Shown here: positions 47,528 to 64,000 of the stretch, one piece after another
Layout of the letters: each line of letters starts with the position of its first letter
How positions within the stretch are numbered: the first letter of the stretch is position 1
Assembly (NCBI RefSeq): GCF_009914755.1
Contig: NC_060936.1
Strand: one strand, 5' to 3'
From: the human T2T-CHM13v2.0 reference genome, Homo sapiens
Length of the DNA stretch: 64,000 nucleotides
Position numbers and translations under genes: made by a program
Notes under the pieces: generated by a model
What the model was told of the DNA's origin: nothing
The model's database searches: none
Seen by the model: the letters and a program-made list of their open reading frames with translations, nothing else

Positions 47528-48008
47528 TAAGAGAATCCTGGGAAGCAATAGAGCATTCACCAATTTTAATAACCTAAACTCAGATTAATTTTTGTATTTT
47601 AGAGGCTTTAGAAAAATATCTAATCCCTTTTACCAAGAAGGCTAAATGAAACATGTAGTGTAAATAATCTTTTCCCCAACATCATATTCTCCATTTTGTG
47701 TATCACCAATAGAAGGTGGTTATACTGCTGAAAGCTAGTGTTTTTCCTCCTAACCTTGAATTTTAACCTTTTAGTTGTATCATACCTTGTACAGTAGACA
47801 AAAGTTTTTAAAAATATAATAATCCGTAGCTATTCTTTATCACAGTGATAGTTAAATTATTTTCTAGCCAATTTGACAGGATAATTATGCAGAAATGGTG
47901 CAGAATATTTCTTTATACAAACTTAAAATGTTTCCGCTCAGAGTTAACTAAGTCAGATTTTATTGTAGCCAAAGCTATATTTTTGGCAAAGCTGGATGAA
48001 ACATGGTA

Positions 48009-48525
48009 TGTTCTGTGTTTTCTATTCTTGTGTGACAAATTACCACAAACTAGCAGCTTAAAAAACACCCGTTAGTCAGCTAATATTTCTGCAGGTCAGG
48101 CATCTGTGTGGGCCTGCTGTATTCTGTGCTCAGGGCACCATGAGGCTGAACTCCAGGTCTCGGCTGGCCTGGGCTCTTATCTGGGAGTTTGGGGAAAGGC
48201 TTGGCTTCCAAGCTCCTTCAGGCTGTTGGCAGAACTTAGTTCTCTGTGATTTTAGGACTGACCAAAGTCCCTGTTTCCTTGCACTCTGTCAGCCAGGGGT
48301 CACCAGGGGTCACTCTGCTGCAAGGCCACCTGTATTCCTTGTCACGTGGTCCCTTCCGCCTTCAGTAATGGCTGGATGGAGTCCTTCTCACACTGTGAAT
48401 CTCTGGCTTCCCCTTCTGCCCCTAGCCAGGAAAAGGTCTCTGCTTTTAAGGACTCATGTGATTACATTGGGTCCACCTAAGTAATACAGGATGCCTGCCC
48501 TGTTTTAAGGCCAGCTGTGCCATTC
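48009..48525 (-). mobile_element. MaLR LTR (MLT1D/E-like)
   Basis: acaaattaccacaaactagcagcttaaaa...gcttttaaggactcatgtgattacattggg. Confidence 0.75.
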
Positions 48526-48843
48526 TAAATATTAGTTGTTGGGAAAATGTTGCTCTTTGAGTACCTAATATCAATGGACAGTTTTTTATTATTGCCTGTA
48601 AGTTAAATCAAGATTCTTTCAGAAAATATACTGCTGTTATCATGACATAAATCAGAGGAAAGTAAATAGACCAAGATGATCTTTATAAAACTCCTGTAAT
48701 TGTGAAGTGTGATTGAACAACGGCATAATACTTCCCTAACCGATTCCCACAAATGCATGCATTGAGCCAAGGGCTGGGAGAGCACTTTGTTGGGAGCCCC
48801 AGTTAAGGGATTCATGGTGCTCATGAGGAGCAGAGATGCATGA

Positions 48844-49152
<309 letters not shown>

Positions 49153-49916
49153 TAGGACTGGGGATTCTTGAAGCTTCTTGCTTCTTATCCAGGCCACCCT
49201 GTCTCTGAGAAAAGTATTCAGTGGCTTAGACACATTTCCTCTTATGTGCTTTTCCACGCTGACCACATCCTTATACGCCATTTGCTTTCCCCTGGGCTTA
49301 TCTGTGACAGGCACAGCCTGCTGCTAGACCATGACCAAAGGATCACGTGTTTTCACTTTTGCCAAAGCAGGTGGTTTTTGATACTTGGAAATTCCATTTC
49401 AGCTACTTAAGCATGGCTAACAGGCACCAAATTGCTACTGTTTACAATAAGTATGGTCAACTCTAAAACGTCCTCCCATCTCTAAACTTCTATAAATTAT
49501 TTCTAAAGATACCAGAGCCACTGTACCATTCAAGCCAGCCAGCCTCACAATGCACCTTCCCGAGTCCTTCCAGCCAGTGCATGTTTTGCTCCATCACCAC
49601 TGGCTTCTTAATGAAGAGTGTTCAAAGTGATATTATCTTGAGCAGTAGCCTGATTTGTTGCACCTGAAATTGATTCAGATAAATTGCCTGATCTTTCAAA
49701 ATGTTTTTAAAAAGGTCAAAGTCAAATTCTATTGTATGTATGCAATAAATTAATTTATAGTTTAATGCAGTCATTAAAGTATATTATTTATTCCTTGTAC
49801 CAGTGAGGCTACAGCACATTATTGATGCCGGTTCAACCAGTTCAAGGCATAACAAGAACTGTTCAAGATTATAAAACTATAGAAATCTTCTCCTTATATT
49901 TAAACAATTTATATAG

Positions 49917-51134
<1,218 letters not shown>

Positions 51135-53758
51135 ACTCCTTTCTTATGTTTGTATTCACCTTTATGCCTTCTGTTTTTTGAATGCTGGAGCAGTGAGTTT
51201 GATCAGCAATAGGGGATGATTTAACAAAGTTTGATTTGTGGAGGTCTGGTGGGATTCATTTCTAAGCAGGTAAAAGAGGTTTGGAGAGCTATAGAAGCTG
51301 GGTTTTAAGTTTGGAAATGCCTCTAAAACAGCCACATGTGGGGACTGGAGAAATTCTAAGACAACAGTTTTATGGACTGCCTGGTACGAGCTCAGTGCAA
51401 ATGTATTAAACCTGACCCCACAGACATTGTTAGTCATCTCGTGACAAATGGCCATGTGGAATTAGAAAAGATTTGGGTGTTGATTTTTCTATTTCTAGAC
51501 CTTTTAAAGCACAGTGGACACTTATTGCCCCTTGGCCTGAGTTTAGACATACATGAAAGATGACTGAATGTAGCTATCCTGATTTGTCATGAGCGCTGCT
51601 CATTATTTTTATATACATTTGCACCTGCACCTGTTCCTTTGACCTCTGGAATTCTTTTTGAAACATGAAGAGAAGAAATTTCAGTCTTTTCCTTGAGCTC
51701 TGTTTGATTTACACATGAGTTTTCTTCCCTGGGATTTGCCATGCCATGTTATTTCCTGGGTCTCCATGCAGGATGTCAGGTTTTTCCAGTTTTCTGCACT
51801 TCATCATCTAGGGATGGTATCCAAGAAGCTTATTCTCACTTTGTTTTTTCCTTCCTTTTGTTGTTGAACTTTCTTGTATAACACTGGGACAAAGGGTTTT
51901 ACTTAAAATGTTAATATACAGTGAGGGAGGGCCATCTCTTTACAGTTTTCTATGTGAAGTTTCAAACATTTGGAAAAAAGTTGTCAATCACAAACATTTA
52001 TTTTTATTCTCTGCTTGTTGAAAACTCATGGGGAACTCCTGGAGTGCATTTCTGAGGGTAAAAAGGCCCCAACATAGCTGTATTTATACAAGTGCTTTGT
52101 GGCCAACACAATTTACTATCCAAACTGAAGTCTTAAAGTAGAATTGACCTACACAGAAAGGAAATTGCCTAGGCAATAGATGCAGATTACACTTTCCATT
52201 TTACCAGAACAAAAGTTTTTTTTTTTTTAAATAAGTAGAATGACAGTTCAAGTTAGCAATATATAGAAATCCATCCATACAATGACCAAAATAAATAAAT
52301 AAATAAAACTCAATCATGACTTTGGCAGAGATAAAACATTGACAAGGGTGTGCATTTGTGGAGAGAAGCAGTGGGTTTCCCCCCAAAATCCATACAAATA
52401 AATGACTATTCCAGAACTCAAGAAGCAGCTATTATAGAAAAAAAAATTAAAAACCACAGCTATTGAAAAATCAAAACGGCAAGAGAAAAAAAGAAACAAC
52501 TCCTGCATAATGTTTAAATAAAAATGTTATTTTAATAGCATCATGAATGGTCTTAAGGCAAAAATTTCAGATTAGCAAAATGTGATGACATATTTATTAA
52601 GATTGTATTATTGGAAATGTAGACACTGGACTAGTATGCCTCATTATGAGCTTTACTGAGCCATTTGCATCTCTAAGAAATATGATTTTAAAGGCCCAAA
52701 GTAGGAAGGATCTGCAGGGGGTCACCTGAAGCAGTGCCCTGACTCCAAATGGCTGATAACTGAGCTAATCCAAGGAGAGGCGTTCAGTTGTTCTCTTATT
52801 ATAGATTTCCTTGGGTGGGAACATGACAACCCCGCCTCCTCTAGCCATGACGTGGCAGCCAAAAAGTTCTTCCTGTGTCTCTGGCCCACAGGACTGTAGT
52901 GTGTTTGGGAACAGTGCTGAAATTGCAAGTGATGTAGGCCTGACCTCCAGAGCCCAGCGTTCAGTTAGTTGTATAAAATGGGGCTTAGGAACCGAAGCTG
53001 ATGAAGTTCCAAAAGTAGTTCAGTTTGATGGGATAAGGAAGCAAGGAGAGCCAGGCATTAGCTGCAAAAGGAGCTTGCAGAGAGATGGCTGACACTTTAT
53101 GGGAAGATTCCTCAGTCAGCCAAAAGCTTTTCAAAGAGTTTGGTGCAGAGGTAGCTCAGAGCCAACCATCCAGGACCGAAGAAAGCTCATGTGCTGATTG
53201 ACACATAGCTATCCAGGTGAGTCGGCTCCTTCTATGAGGCTTTTCAATCGTCTCTCCCTTTGGATCTCTGGCATTCCAGAAAGACTGGGAATTCATTTCT
53301 GAAAATGATGAACCTCCGCTGAAACGGGGAGGAAATCTCTTACACACATACAGCAGGGTCCTGCCCACTGGTAAAGTGAGACGTTGGGTAGGGGGTGTAA
53401 CTGGGGAGGAGGTGAAGGAAATTATCCCTGCCATGGGGAGTGTTATTCAGGAACATAAAAATTAGAGCATTCCCTCTGATGGCAGTGCTTGACGGGGTGC
53501 AGGGAACAAACTGGGGAGCGTTCAAACATGCCAGTGGTTTCTCAGCAGGGCTGGAAACTGGCCACAGTCCTGAAGATGCTTCTTGTGACAACTTAGAGTC
53601 ACTGGGAGTCACACAGCTCCTGTGTAGCCGCCTTTGCTCCTCTGTGTTAAAACCCAGTCAGTTCAAAATAACAATCAAATGGAAGGCCATGGGGGAAGGG
53701 TTCCTTCCACCATATAACCCACACCCAGATGTATATAAACGCATATACATACATATAC

Positions 53759-53760
<2 letters not shown>

Positions 53761-53791
<31 letters not shown>
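53761..53791 (+). repeat. (GT)15 microsatellite in the 3' UTR
   Basis: Directly visible. Confidence 0.97.
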
Positions 53792-53794
<3 letters not shown>

Positions 53795-55374
53795 ACTGAA
53801 GAGCCAGACAACAAACTATTTAGTAAGAATCAACAGTGACTGTCAATTGTTCTCAGATTTGGCATGGATACTATTTCTCATGAAATAATGTCATTAAAGT
53901 ATTTCCTCCTCTAAATATTTCCTGAAGATCATAAACCATGGGTTATAGCACCTTGTTTTCCAGCTAGTCAATATACAACTATTAGGTGCTGTGCCCCAAA
54001 ATATCTAAAATGGGGGTAAAGATATAAACTATTAAGCCATGAAATCTAATTTTCTGGGGACCATGCATTTGCCTGGATTTTCCAGGATTTTATGGCTGAT
54101 AGACCCAAATTATTAGTCTTGATAAACAACCTGAACCAAACATTTATAAAGTCCCTTCCTCTCCCATGGGAATGGAATGCTCAGACTCCTGCTGAGGGAG
54201 ACACCAGCAAGCCTCTTGAGAAGGCACCAGACAGTGAACTCTGTGGTCACATGAAGGGAGGTTCAGATGCTAGACGACCAGCGTATGACCTGGAACCATT
54301 GAGGATTGCAACCGCTGCCTCCAGGGTCCAGATGTGCTGCAGTAGAGGGCAGAGCACAGGAATCAAGAAGCAGCTGCCACACCAAAGAACTGATGCTTAA
54401 ACACACAGGTGTGTTGCATTTGAGAGAAGGCAAGAAGAAAAGACAATAGAAGGTTACCCTGGAAAAACAACACCTAGCAAACCTCAGAATACTCCATGTG
54501 TCCCAAGAGAAGGAATAATTGTCTTTCTAGCTGTTATATATTGCACACTGGCCAGGATAAATTCCCAGACTATAATAATCCTGACTATGTAGACGGAAGT
54601 TTCTATTTATAAAGTCATGCAGGGGGAAAGTTGATTAATTTTTGTCCCATTGCCACATCTGTAGACTAAGTAATTTTTAACTTGCTAACTTTTAGAATGT
54701 CCACCTTTGTGCATTTTGGTAGCATTCTTGTTTCATTATTTTAGAAAGGGGTCTTCCCATTACTGGGATGTCGGGGCCCTGTCAGAGAACTATTATTAAG
54801 GCTCTGTGAGGGAACTGTTCAGTCTCACAGCAAGGACCACAGAGCGTGGTTTCATCTGAACCCTACAAGTCAGGGACACCAGTGTGTTTTCTACTCGAGT
54901 TACCTAAAAATGGTCTCAATTTTCCATTTCATTCTCTGTAAATGACACAATAGATGGTTTATAGACTCAGCAGCCCTCACCTTTTATTAAAATTATATAT
55001 GTGTGATGTAATGCATATCACCTGTCATGTAAAGGGACGGTATGGATGGTGGAAAAGTTATGCTAAAATATGGATTGCAGATATTTTTGTATGTAATATA
55101 GGCAATATAATGAAACACCGAGTTTTTTAAAGTGAAAGCATGCAAAATCGTAGCTTTTAAATGTACAGACATCCCACTCAAAAATATCTAAACTGATAGT
55201 GGGAAAAACATTTGAGACCTAATAACATCATGAAATGCACTGAATTTGGAATTCTGGCCTAGAAAGGCTGTGGCTTATGTTGGGATTGATGATGGAATCT
55301 GCCAGAACATTTTCATCTTATTCTTCTTGACTTTTGGATTTTTTTCTTTTCTTTTTTTCTGGAAATATTTCGGA

Positions 55375-55452
55375 AATAAAGTGACTTCATTTTTCAGCAT
55401 AAAAGTATATTCTAACCACAGGGTAACACATCGTTTTTAACATGAAAATAAA
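55375..55452 (+). terminator. Polyadenylation signals AATAAA (55375-55380 and 55447-55452)
   Basis: Canonical hexamers, upstream TGTA elements (about 55088-55165), downstream T/GT-rich tract cagttgtttcattatttt. Confidence 0.7.
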
Positions 55453-56357
55453 CATTTAAACATTCTTCAGTTGTTTCATTATTTTATCTGCATGTTCCAT
55501 AAAGCAGCTGTATGGTTGGCTATAATATAGACTTATTTTTTCTTTTCAGCCAGAGATTTTAATACCCTTGATGCAGTAATAAATGGACATCAAAAGAAAA
55601 CATTTCTTAAAAGTTGCCAACGTATTTTACCTTGAAAACATTTCTTATTTGTTATCCTAGTAGGCTGGGGAAAGCTTCTCTCCAGATGTCTCAGAAAAAG
55701 ATCTCCTGTTTCTCATGGCCCCGTCCAGGGTCAAACCGTGTTGAAAGTCAGTGCTGAAATGCATGATGCTGCGGGTGTTTGAGAGCCTTTGACCTCTGTC
55801 CACCCTTTGGTCTTTGCTCGTCAATGGCTTGGTCTTGTATATGTATCTGGGGCAGGGGCTTTGTACTGGGCCCAGGGTGCTGAGCTTTCCAGAACAGGCA
55901 GAGCTCTAGAGACCTAAGAAAACCACAGGACAGGCGGGGATTCTTTTTGAGAGGCTGAAGTAGATGTTTCAGCTGAAAGATGGGTGGTACACTTGCCAAG
56001 TGCCTAGAGGGGCTAGAGGCTCTCTGTTGGTGTGTGTGTATTTCTTGAAACTGCAGAGTCATTTTTGGCATGCTGGCAAATGCTACTCCTTGCTTTTAGG
56101 ATGAATAGGGATGCCTCTTTGGCGATAATTTGACGTGTCATAATAAATGCCCAATACCAAACCTAGTCTTTCTCCAGGCCCTTCAGACATCATTCAGGTA
56201 ACTGGGTGTAAACACAGGAGTTGGCTTTGTGAAACTGAGGCAGGATTTCCTGCCTCTAAACTATTGGCAGCAAAAGAGCCAAAAATGTGCTCCCAGGTGC
56301 AAAACCCCAGCCCCATCAGAATTGCTTCTCAGCACTTTGGGTAACTGTTTTGCACTA

Positions 56358-56700
<343 letters not shown>

Positions 56701-58772
56701 GAACTTAACCAGTTCTCCCCAGATCTCAGCGTGCATGCATATATAGAGTTTAGTAAAATGTGTTTCAAAAAAAGAAGGATAAAAGAAAGTTTGAAGTAAG
56801 ATTTGTAAAAGAATGAACACTTTAGGTTTTGTGTGTGAGTGCAAAATGTAAACACGGCATTTGAAATTTTTTGGTATTGAAATCCTTAATGCCTGTTAGT
56901 TTCTTTATGGTTTTATACAATTGAGATAGGTTCTGAAGTTTTTTTGTTGTTTGCTTTTAGAAATTTTTAAAAATACAAAAAAAAAGCGCAGAAACATTTT
57001 CATCTGGGTTACTGTGTTTATAGACTATTCTATGACTCAAGACAACTAGGACACCATCATTTTCCAGATAAGAAATAACAGTTCAAGTTCATTAGGGAAA
57101 TTATCTTCCCAGTCCAAGCAAGCAATAATGTTATCAACTTACAATATTGGACAATCTTCATATTCTATGAGATGCCTTTAAAATTTCTTTGGATTTAATG
57201 CTGCTCTTGGTCAGTTGTTCAAATGAAACATTGTAATTTCATGTTAACGACAAGAGTCTCACGGGAGTCTCTTTAGATGCTGCAGGAACTGAGAGGATAG
57301 AAGACCTCTCTATACATCTACATTGCCCATTGGAGTAAAGCACTTTACAGAGAGATGGATGCCGCTTTGGGATTTGGGGTCTATGTAATGCTGATTTTTT
57401 TCAAACCTGTTTGGAAATATTACTTCTTTGGGATGGCTGAAATAACTTTTGACCTGACACATCTTTCTGTACTTCCTGTGGCCAAAAAAGCAAGTGAGAC
57501 TTTCTGTTTCCCATTGTAAGGCTGGAGCTGAAATAGTCTGCCACGTTATTGTTATCTCCTTTGTAAGAATTTGACTTTCTGAATGAAATAACAGAATGCC
57601 AGTGTCAACACTGACCATATGATATAGTTATTTCACTTAGAGATGCTTCCTCAAAGAGCGTGCCTTTTTCCTCCATCATAACCGCTTTAGGATCTCTGTT
57701 TTATCCATGTATTTCCCACATAGTAGAAGCATTTTCCATTTCCATGAATATTACAGGCTGAGAAGGAGCACACATCTGGCACTGATAAGCACACTGGCCC
57801 AGGCACTCAGCCTTCTCATTTCATTAATCTGGTTGGTGACCGTTTCCATCGGGCACACCTGGAAATGTCCATCGGACATATTGCCATCTCAGTTGCTGCA
57901 GTGCAGTGAATTACCCCAGAGCCACCAGTTCACATGCCCAAAGATGAACTGGCCCATGGAGGGACTTGATTGCCAAGTGACTTCCTTTCTGTAGTTATCC
58001 TCTGCTGTGACCCTTATTTTGGACTTCTAGCAAGGGCATTCAGTGTGGATTCCAAGAACAAAACCAATTGTCCAACCTCCATTACAGGGGTCTTCTAGGT
58101 ATTCCCCACACATTATTTGTGGGCATAAGCAAACACCATAACTATGAAAGGCTGAGAGTGGAGAATTAAGTCATAAGGAAATGATCAAACCTAGGGAAAA
58201 ATAAGTGGCTATAAAACACTGAAAGATAGTCACATCCACATAGCGTGTATCATGCAACAGACCCGTGCTCTTAGAGGGAGGTAGTGTGTGTCTTCCCATG
58301 GCAAATAATTTTTACAATACTGCTCATGTTTAATGTGTGTCTACAGGGCATGCTGTTGTCTCAAAATTGAAATGTGCATCTTAGGTATCAGTTCCCAGCC
58401 TCAGACTCTTCTCAGGCAGGTGGACGGGATCTCAGCTGCAGAACATAGTGAGTGGCCAAACCTACACAGCCCAGCCAGTAGTGTGCTTTGGGGTGATTGC
58501 AAGGCAGCAAACAGTGGGGACAAGTTTTGTCTGGCATTTGAAAAGGTGTTATCCCTTACTTTCCACATTTCTGAATTGGATTCTTGTTCCCTGGTAAACA
58601 CCAGATATTATAAACAGAGCATGCTGTTATGACATTGTGCTTCTATATACCTTTTTGTATAATGTATCTATCTCATTATATTACCTATGGTTTCAGTATG
58701 ATCTGTTGTGTATGTTCCACCGTATATTTAATGTCTCTGTAAAGGCACTTCCAAACATTTTGAAAACGAAGA

Positions 58773-58778
58773 AATAAA
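58773..58778 (+). terminator. Candidate distal polyadenylation signal AATAAA
   Basis: Hexamer preceded by several TGTA motifs (58655-58741) in T-rich context. Confidence 0.6.
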
Positions 58779-60255
58779 ACATGTTGGATGATTCCTTGTT
58801 ATAGTAAAACAATTAATTGGTAGGTTCCAGGAAATAATCTTTTCTTCAAATAGGTGTTCAGAGGTAGATATTTAGATGTCCTTAAGTCTGGCATAGAGGA
58901 AGCTATGTCTTCAGGTTCTTGATGGCAGTTATGGGCTGAGACCTTGAGAATAAAGGAAAACAATGGCTTATTTAAGCATAAGGGCAAGATTCCCAGAGAA
59001 ATGGGCTGGCTCTTGAGCCCCAAAGAAAATACTTTGGCAAAACATCATGTTGGGCCCTTGTCTACATTAGGAAGGGACCATCCAGAAAGAAGACAGTGGT
59101 GCCCCATGAATGTCTATAGCTAAGACATGCAAACTCAGCTCTTGGAAAAGGGGAAGAAAAGTCAATTTTTCTTTAAAGCTGACGAAGTTGAGTTTTAACG
59201 AGAGAAAAAGCTTTATTCAGATATGTCTCTGCCTGTAGGGAGAAGTTTGAAGTGGCAGGAAAGTATTTATGAGGTCTGAGTGGCAGGAAAGCTCATTCAG
59301 GCACCAAAAATTCCAGTTCATGTTCATAGTCTTGGGATGTGTTACATTTAACTCCATAACAACTAAAATATTTCAATGTGTTGAGTCTCCACTGCTCTGC
59401 AAATATTAACCAGGCAAAGGACCTCTACCATGCCATACCTCTACCCTCTCCAGACAATTGGCTTTAATGGCTATGTTGCCTGAACTAAAGTCTGCCATTG
59501 CTAACTAAAATCTCTTAGAATTCAGCTTTAGAAATGCAAATACCCGCCCATGACACTGTCACGTTGGCTTTCTCAGATAACCATGGCAGTCTTAAGCCAA
59601 CATCCATGCTCCCTGTGATAGTTACATGGGTCTGTGGCAGTTTCTTAACCAATAGCATGGTCAGCACTACTCTAGACATAAAGAGTTGTTTACAGAAATC
59701 CCTTCCCTTCATGCAAAGGGCAATAACTTTATAAACAGAATATGGCTGAAATACAACCATTTCTTCGATGCCTTGACACTTCCTTTAAACAACGATGTAA
59801 AACAGAACTCAAGAAGGCAGCATCTCCAAGACCTCTGACGCCACCTTGGCGCACAGTTAATCTACAGGTGAGTTTCCATGGTGGATTGGACACAAACTTG
59901 GCTTGAGCTACACATAATAGAGAACCTTGCTTGGTGCTACAGATTATTATGGGTCAATGCTGTTGAAAATTGATCTTTTAGTATTCTAAATATTTAAATA
60001 ATACTTGTCCTAAAAATTGTTAGCATGAACTTGTACATTGTATATTCAGGTATTCTTGTTTTAAACCTGCAAGATTAATGACAATACTGACATTGACATT
60101 ACCTAATATTAATAGTTTTTTTTTCATACAAAGCAGGGGGCAGCTTATATTTCCAATTTCAGTGTTTTTTACTTTATTTCACAAAATCTCAAAGACCTTC
60201 TATGACCTAGGAGCCTTCCAGTGCCCTTTTCAGCAGGAATAAGAATGCATATTAG

Positions 60256-60609
<354 letters not shown>

Positions 60610-63159
60610 CTATTGAGAAGGTGATCAGAGATGAAGGAGGAAAAATTGGGAAAGCGATGTTAACCAAGAGCCAATTCAGGGAGCATATTATTGTTCATCA
60701 TTGTCACTTTATATGAGTCACATCTGTCCTTGGGTTGGGAGGGTTCCTTCCTATTTAATTAGGAAATGTTAGCCCTTAAAGCTCATCTAGGGAGCATGAT
60801 GAAATAACTGCTGCAAGTCTGAAGCTGCTGTACCTGGAGGATCTATAAACTAAAGAGCTCTTTGGTCCTAACCTTTCTCTTCTTCTCAAGGAGCCTCTAA
60901 ACTTCCTGTCTTTCCTTACATGATCTGAAATCGAGTTCTGATGTTTGGAGACCTCTGTCAGCCCTGTGGCAGTTCCAACTCCATATCCAGACTCTCAAAT
61001 GCAAAGGGGAAACTACCAAACCTAAAATGACTGCAGATTATGTTTAAATGCCTACAAGACTTAATATTATGCCAACTTCATCACTGCTAAGTTTAGAACC
61101 CATGAAATTTTCATGACGTTTGAAAACAATCCATGGTGGGACTTCCTAACTTTCCAAGAATTTTCAAATGCTTACAGTGAATACCAATAAATTGTAGCCT
61201 ATTGAAAATGATAAAGAGTATTTAAAACCAGATAATTTCATAGGCAAAACAATAATTTTACCAAAGAAATGCATTTCATATTTACATGTGGTTTTACCAT
61301 AAACGTTAGATATGCCTTGTAGTGGAACCTTCAGATGGAAGAGCATATGTGGGGTCTGCAGCGGCCCTGAGAGATCGCTCTGGTTCCAGGAATCACCTGA
61401 TGTTGTCTTCATCCTGATGATGAGAAGTGTGTTTGGAGAAGGCACAGGAAATAGGAGACCTATTGGTAAATTATGGAACCAAGGGCGCTGTTCACTTTAT
61501 TTTATCTATTTATAACAACGATTATGTGGTTGAAATAAGAGTATGAGAAGTGAAATACTTTTTAAAAACCTCACATTACCCAAGTCTTCAATATTCTAGA
61601 TTTTAAAACCACCAATATGCTTTACTTAACATAAAATTATAGGGCAAAACAGGAAAACAGCTTGTTTTTCATGATGAGAGGAACACTTTCATATGAAATG
61701 GGAAATAATGATCCAAAATAACCACTAATTTGATTAATGTGACAATAAAAGGTAAAAAACATCTACCTTATTACCAGGTTTATGGATCTGGCAAAGGGGC
61801 AATGAAAACCCATGACTGCAGTGAGCTGATACTTTGAGGAAGAGAGAATTCTGGCAGTAGTGATTGGGTATAAATTCTTTATGGTCAGATAAAAGTCAAA
61901 ATCATATCCCAGGCTAAGGAAGCAGCACACACAGAGGTATGGAGTTCCATGTTCTTGAAATGTAAGGGACAGGAGCTCATTAGAGCCTGGCTGAGTCAGG
62001 GAACCTCGCTGTGGAGCTCAGACTTTGTATTGTGATTCCTCTGGGAAGGGGGTGAGCAGGCCACCAGCAGGAAGGAGAGGTGACCTGAGTTATATTTGAA
62101 AAACAAACCTACAGCATATCAGCCATGTACAGGGCTCTAGATTTGGGTCTGAGGTGTTAAGGTGTTTCTTACTCCAAAGAGTGTATGATCATCTAGGAGA
62201 TGGGTGCCTGGGAACATGTCCTGAATTCTGTTCAGTTCTTAAATGGGGGGAAAAAAGAGTTTAAAGGTGTTGATGGAGCACGTGAACTGAGTAGGCAGAT
62301 TTGAAGTAAAATATGTTTGGGTCACACTGTAGTGAACTCTTTAGCATGATATTTCTCCAAGGGTGTTATAACTAAGCTTGGCCAGATTAGATGATGAAAA
62401 AAAGAAACAAATCACTAAAAAATATAATTCTGTGAACACATTCTGTTTTTGGGAATGCTTTTTAATCTTCTCCCATGAAGATTTTCAGGCCATATTTAAG
62501 ACTTTGAGAAATATGGCTGTGAAAAAAAACATTTTAAGCATTCCTTAACTCTGAATTTTCTATACGTTACCCACTTTTATTTTCTTTTTCATTTTCCCCA
62601 TTTAAATTAATTATTTATTAATTAGATTTGTTATTTGCTTATTTTCGTCTAAACCTATTTAAATCCTCATGGACTGCATTGCACACTTTGGGGAATGCTC
62701 CTGTAGAGTGTTCTGTCAAGATTGCTAAAAATTCAAATTCTACTTTATTTTTAGTTTCAGCAGTGTTTTTAGGAAATGAAAGTACCCATGGAGAGAGAGG
62801 ATGGGAGAATGGAGAGGAGGTGGATATTGAGTGATTTTAGAACAACTGTTTGATCCTACGGATTATTTGCTGTGCTTAAATACATACCTGGAATCAGTAA
62901 AGCTTTGGGATTCAACACAAACCACAAAACCCATCCAAGAGTGACGAGTGGGGCAGGAAGGCAGGTACCTGCTCAGTTCGAGAAACTGTGAGCCCTTTTG
63001 AGGCTAAGTAAGGTAAATAAGCTAAATGCTTTTATAAAAATACATTTTTTTACAAGAACTAATCTGTCTTGTATCAGCCCAAACACTAATGAGACATTCA
63101 CACTAGAAAATCAAAATCAGCTACTTTTGCTTGGGTTTACTTTGTTTTTCTAATTAGAC

Positions 63160-63815
63160 CTTATTTTTTAGAGCACTTTTTGATTTATAGCAAAATTGAG
63201 CTGGAGGTTCAGAGATTTCCCACATACGTCCTGCACCCACACCCACACGTGTGTGTAGGAGATTGAGTTCACCTTTCATTTGTTAACAGGCATATGGAGA
63301 TACACTTCGCATACAAAACAATTGAAAGTATAGACTTCTGTAGCTTTTAGTATATTCATATCTTTACCACAATCAATTTTAGAATATGTTCATTTTGCCT
63401 AAAAGAAACCCTGTACTTGATAGCAGTCAGTCCATTTTCCTCAACCCACTAGGTCTAGAAAGCCACAAATTTGTTTTCTGTATCTGTAGATTTGCATTTT
63501 TTTCCGAACATCTCATATGAATAGAATCACAAAATTTGTGTATTTTGTGCCAAACTTCTTTCACTTAGCATACTGATTTCAAAGTTGATCCAACTTATAG
63601 CATATATCAGTACTTTATTCCTTTTTAGGGCAAAGAAATCTTCCATTACACGGATACCCCACATTTTATTTCTCTACCCATCGCTTGCTGGGCATGAGTT
63701 GTTTGTGACAAATATTCATATACATATTCTTGTGTGGACATATGTTTTCGCTTCTCTTGGGTATATATCTAGGAGTAGGATTGCTGGGTCATATGGTAAG
63801 TCTCTATTTAATGGT
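63160..63815 (-). mobile_element. Old L1M 3' end fragments
   Basis: agcaaaattgagc..gaggttcagagatttccca; ORF 63716-63922 contains LPYDPAILLLDIYPRE. Confidence 0.75.
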
Positions 63816-64000
63816 TTAGACTCAGTACTTTGTTTTCTGCCTTTCCACAGCTCAGTTTCATAAAGAGGCAGGAGCCTTTTGTTCAGGGCTCCTTGGCAGT
63901 AAGGTAATTTCTTCTTCTGCATTGTATCCAGCTGACCCTTGCTCAGTGCTGTTCTTTGGGGGAAAGATGGAATGCTGGGAAGCCAGCACCTCTTATTCCT

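Larger units (their letters stand above)
51135..55470 (+). other. TMEM132B: TMEM132B 3' UTR (about 4.3 kb isoform; may extend to about 58800)
   Basis: Follows the stop codon, has no recognisable TEs unlike the intron, and ends at paired AATAAA signals. Confidence 0.75.

Noticed and set aside
63229-63260. Small hairpin (tcctgcac...cacacgtgtg...gtgtagga) at the end of an L1 fragment
   Set aside because: Short and low-complexity; cannot be distinguished from chance.

Overview
Primate (very probably human) genomic DNA; nothing prokaryotic. The window holds the 3' end of TMEM132B on the + strand. About 40 kb of TE-dense intron is followed by four GT-AG coding exons (40497-40702, 47107-47377, 48865-49056, 49989-51134). 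These splice in frame to 604 aa: extracellular domains, one TM helix, and a cytoplasmic tail with a PP1-docking RVxF motif. A long, repeat-poor 3' UTR follows, with candidate poly(A) signals near 52.5, 55.4 and 58.8 kb. The intron is mostly nested retroelements: an old minus-strand L1M with many later insertions, a full-length decayed L1MA-type element, young L1PA fragments, Alus, MaLR/ERV1 solo LTRs and a Tigger-type DNA transposon. Almost all other ORFs in the track are spurious or L1/Alu-derived. I find no support for a new gene-encoded system. The least-explained signals are repair/replication scars: a 40-nt inverted copy of local sequence dropped into a microsatellite, three near-perfect palindromes around an AT-rich 34-bp VNTR, a fold-back insertion, a composite locally templated insertion, and two twin-primed (5'-inverted) L1 insertions. 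Repeat subfamily names come from remembered consensus sequences, and boundaries of old repeats are approximate.
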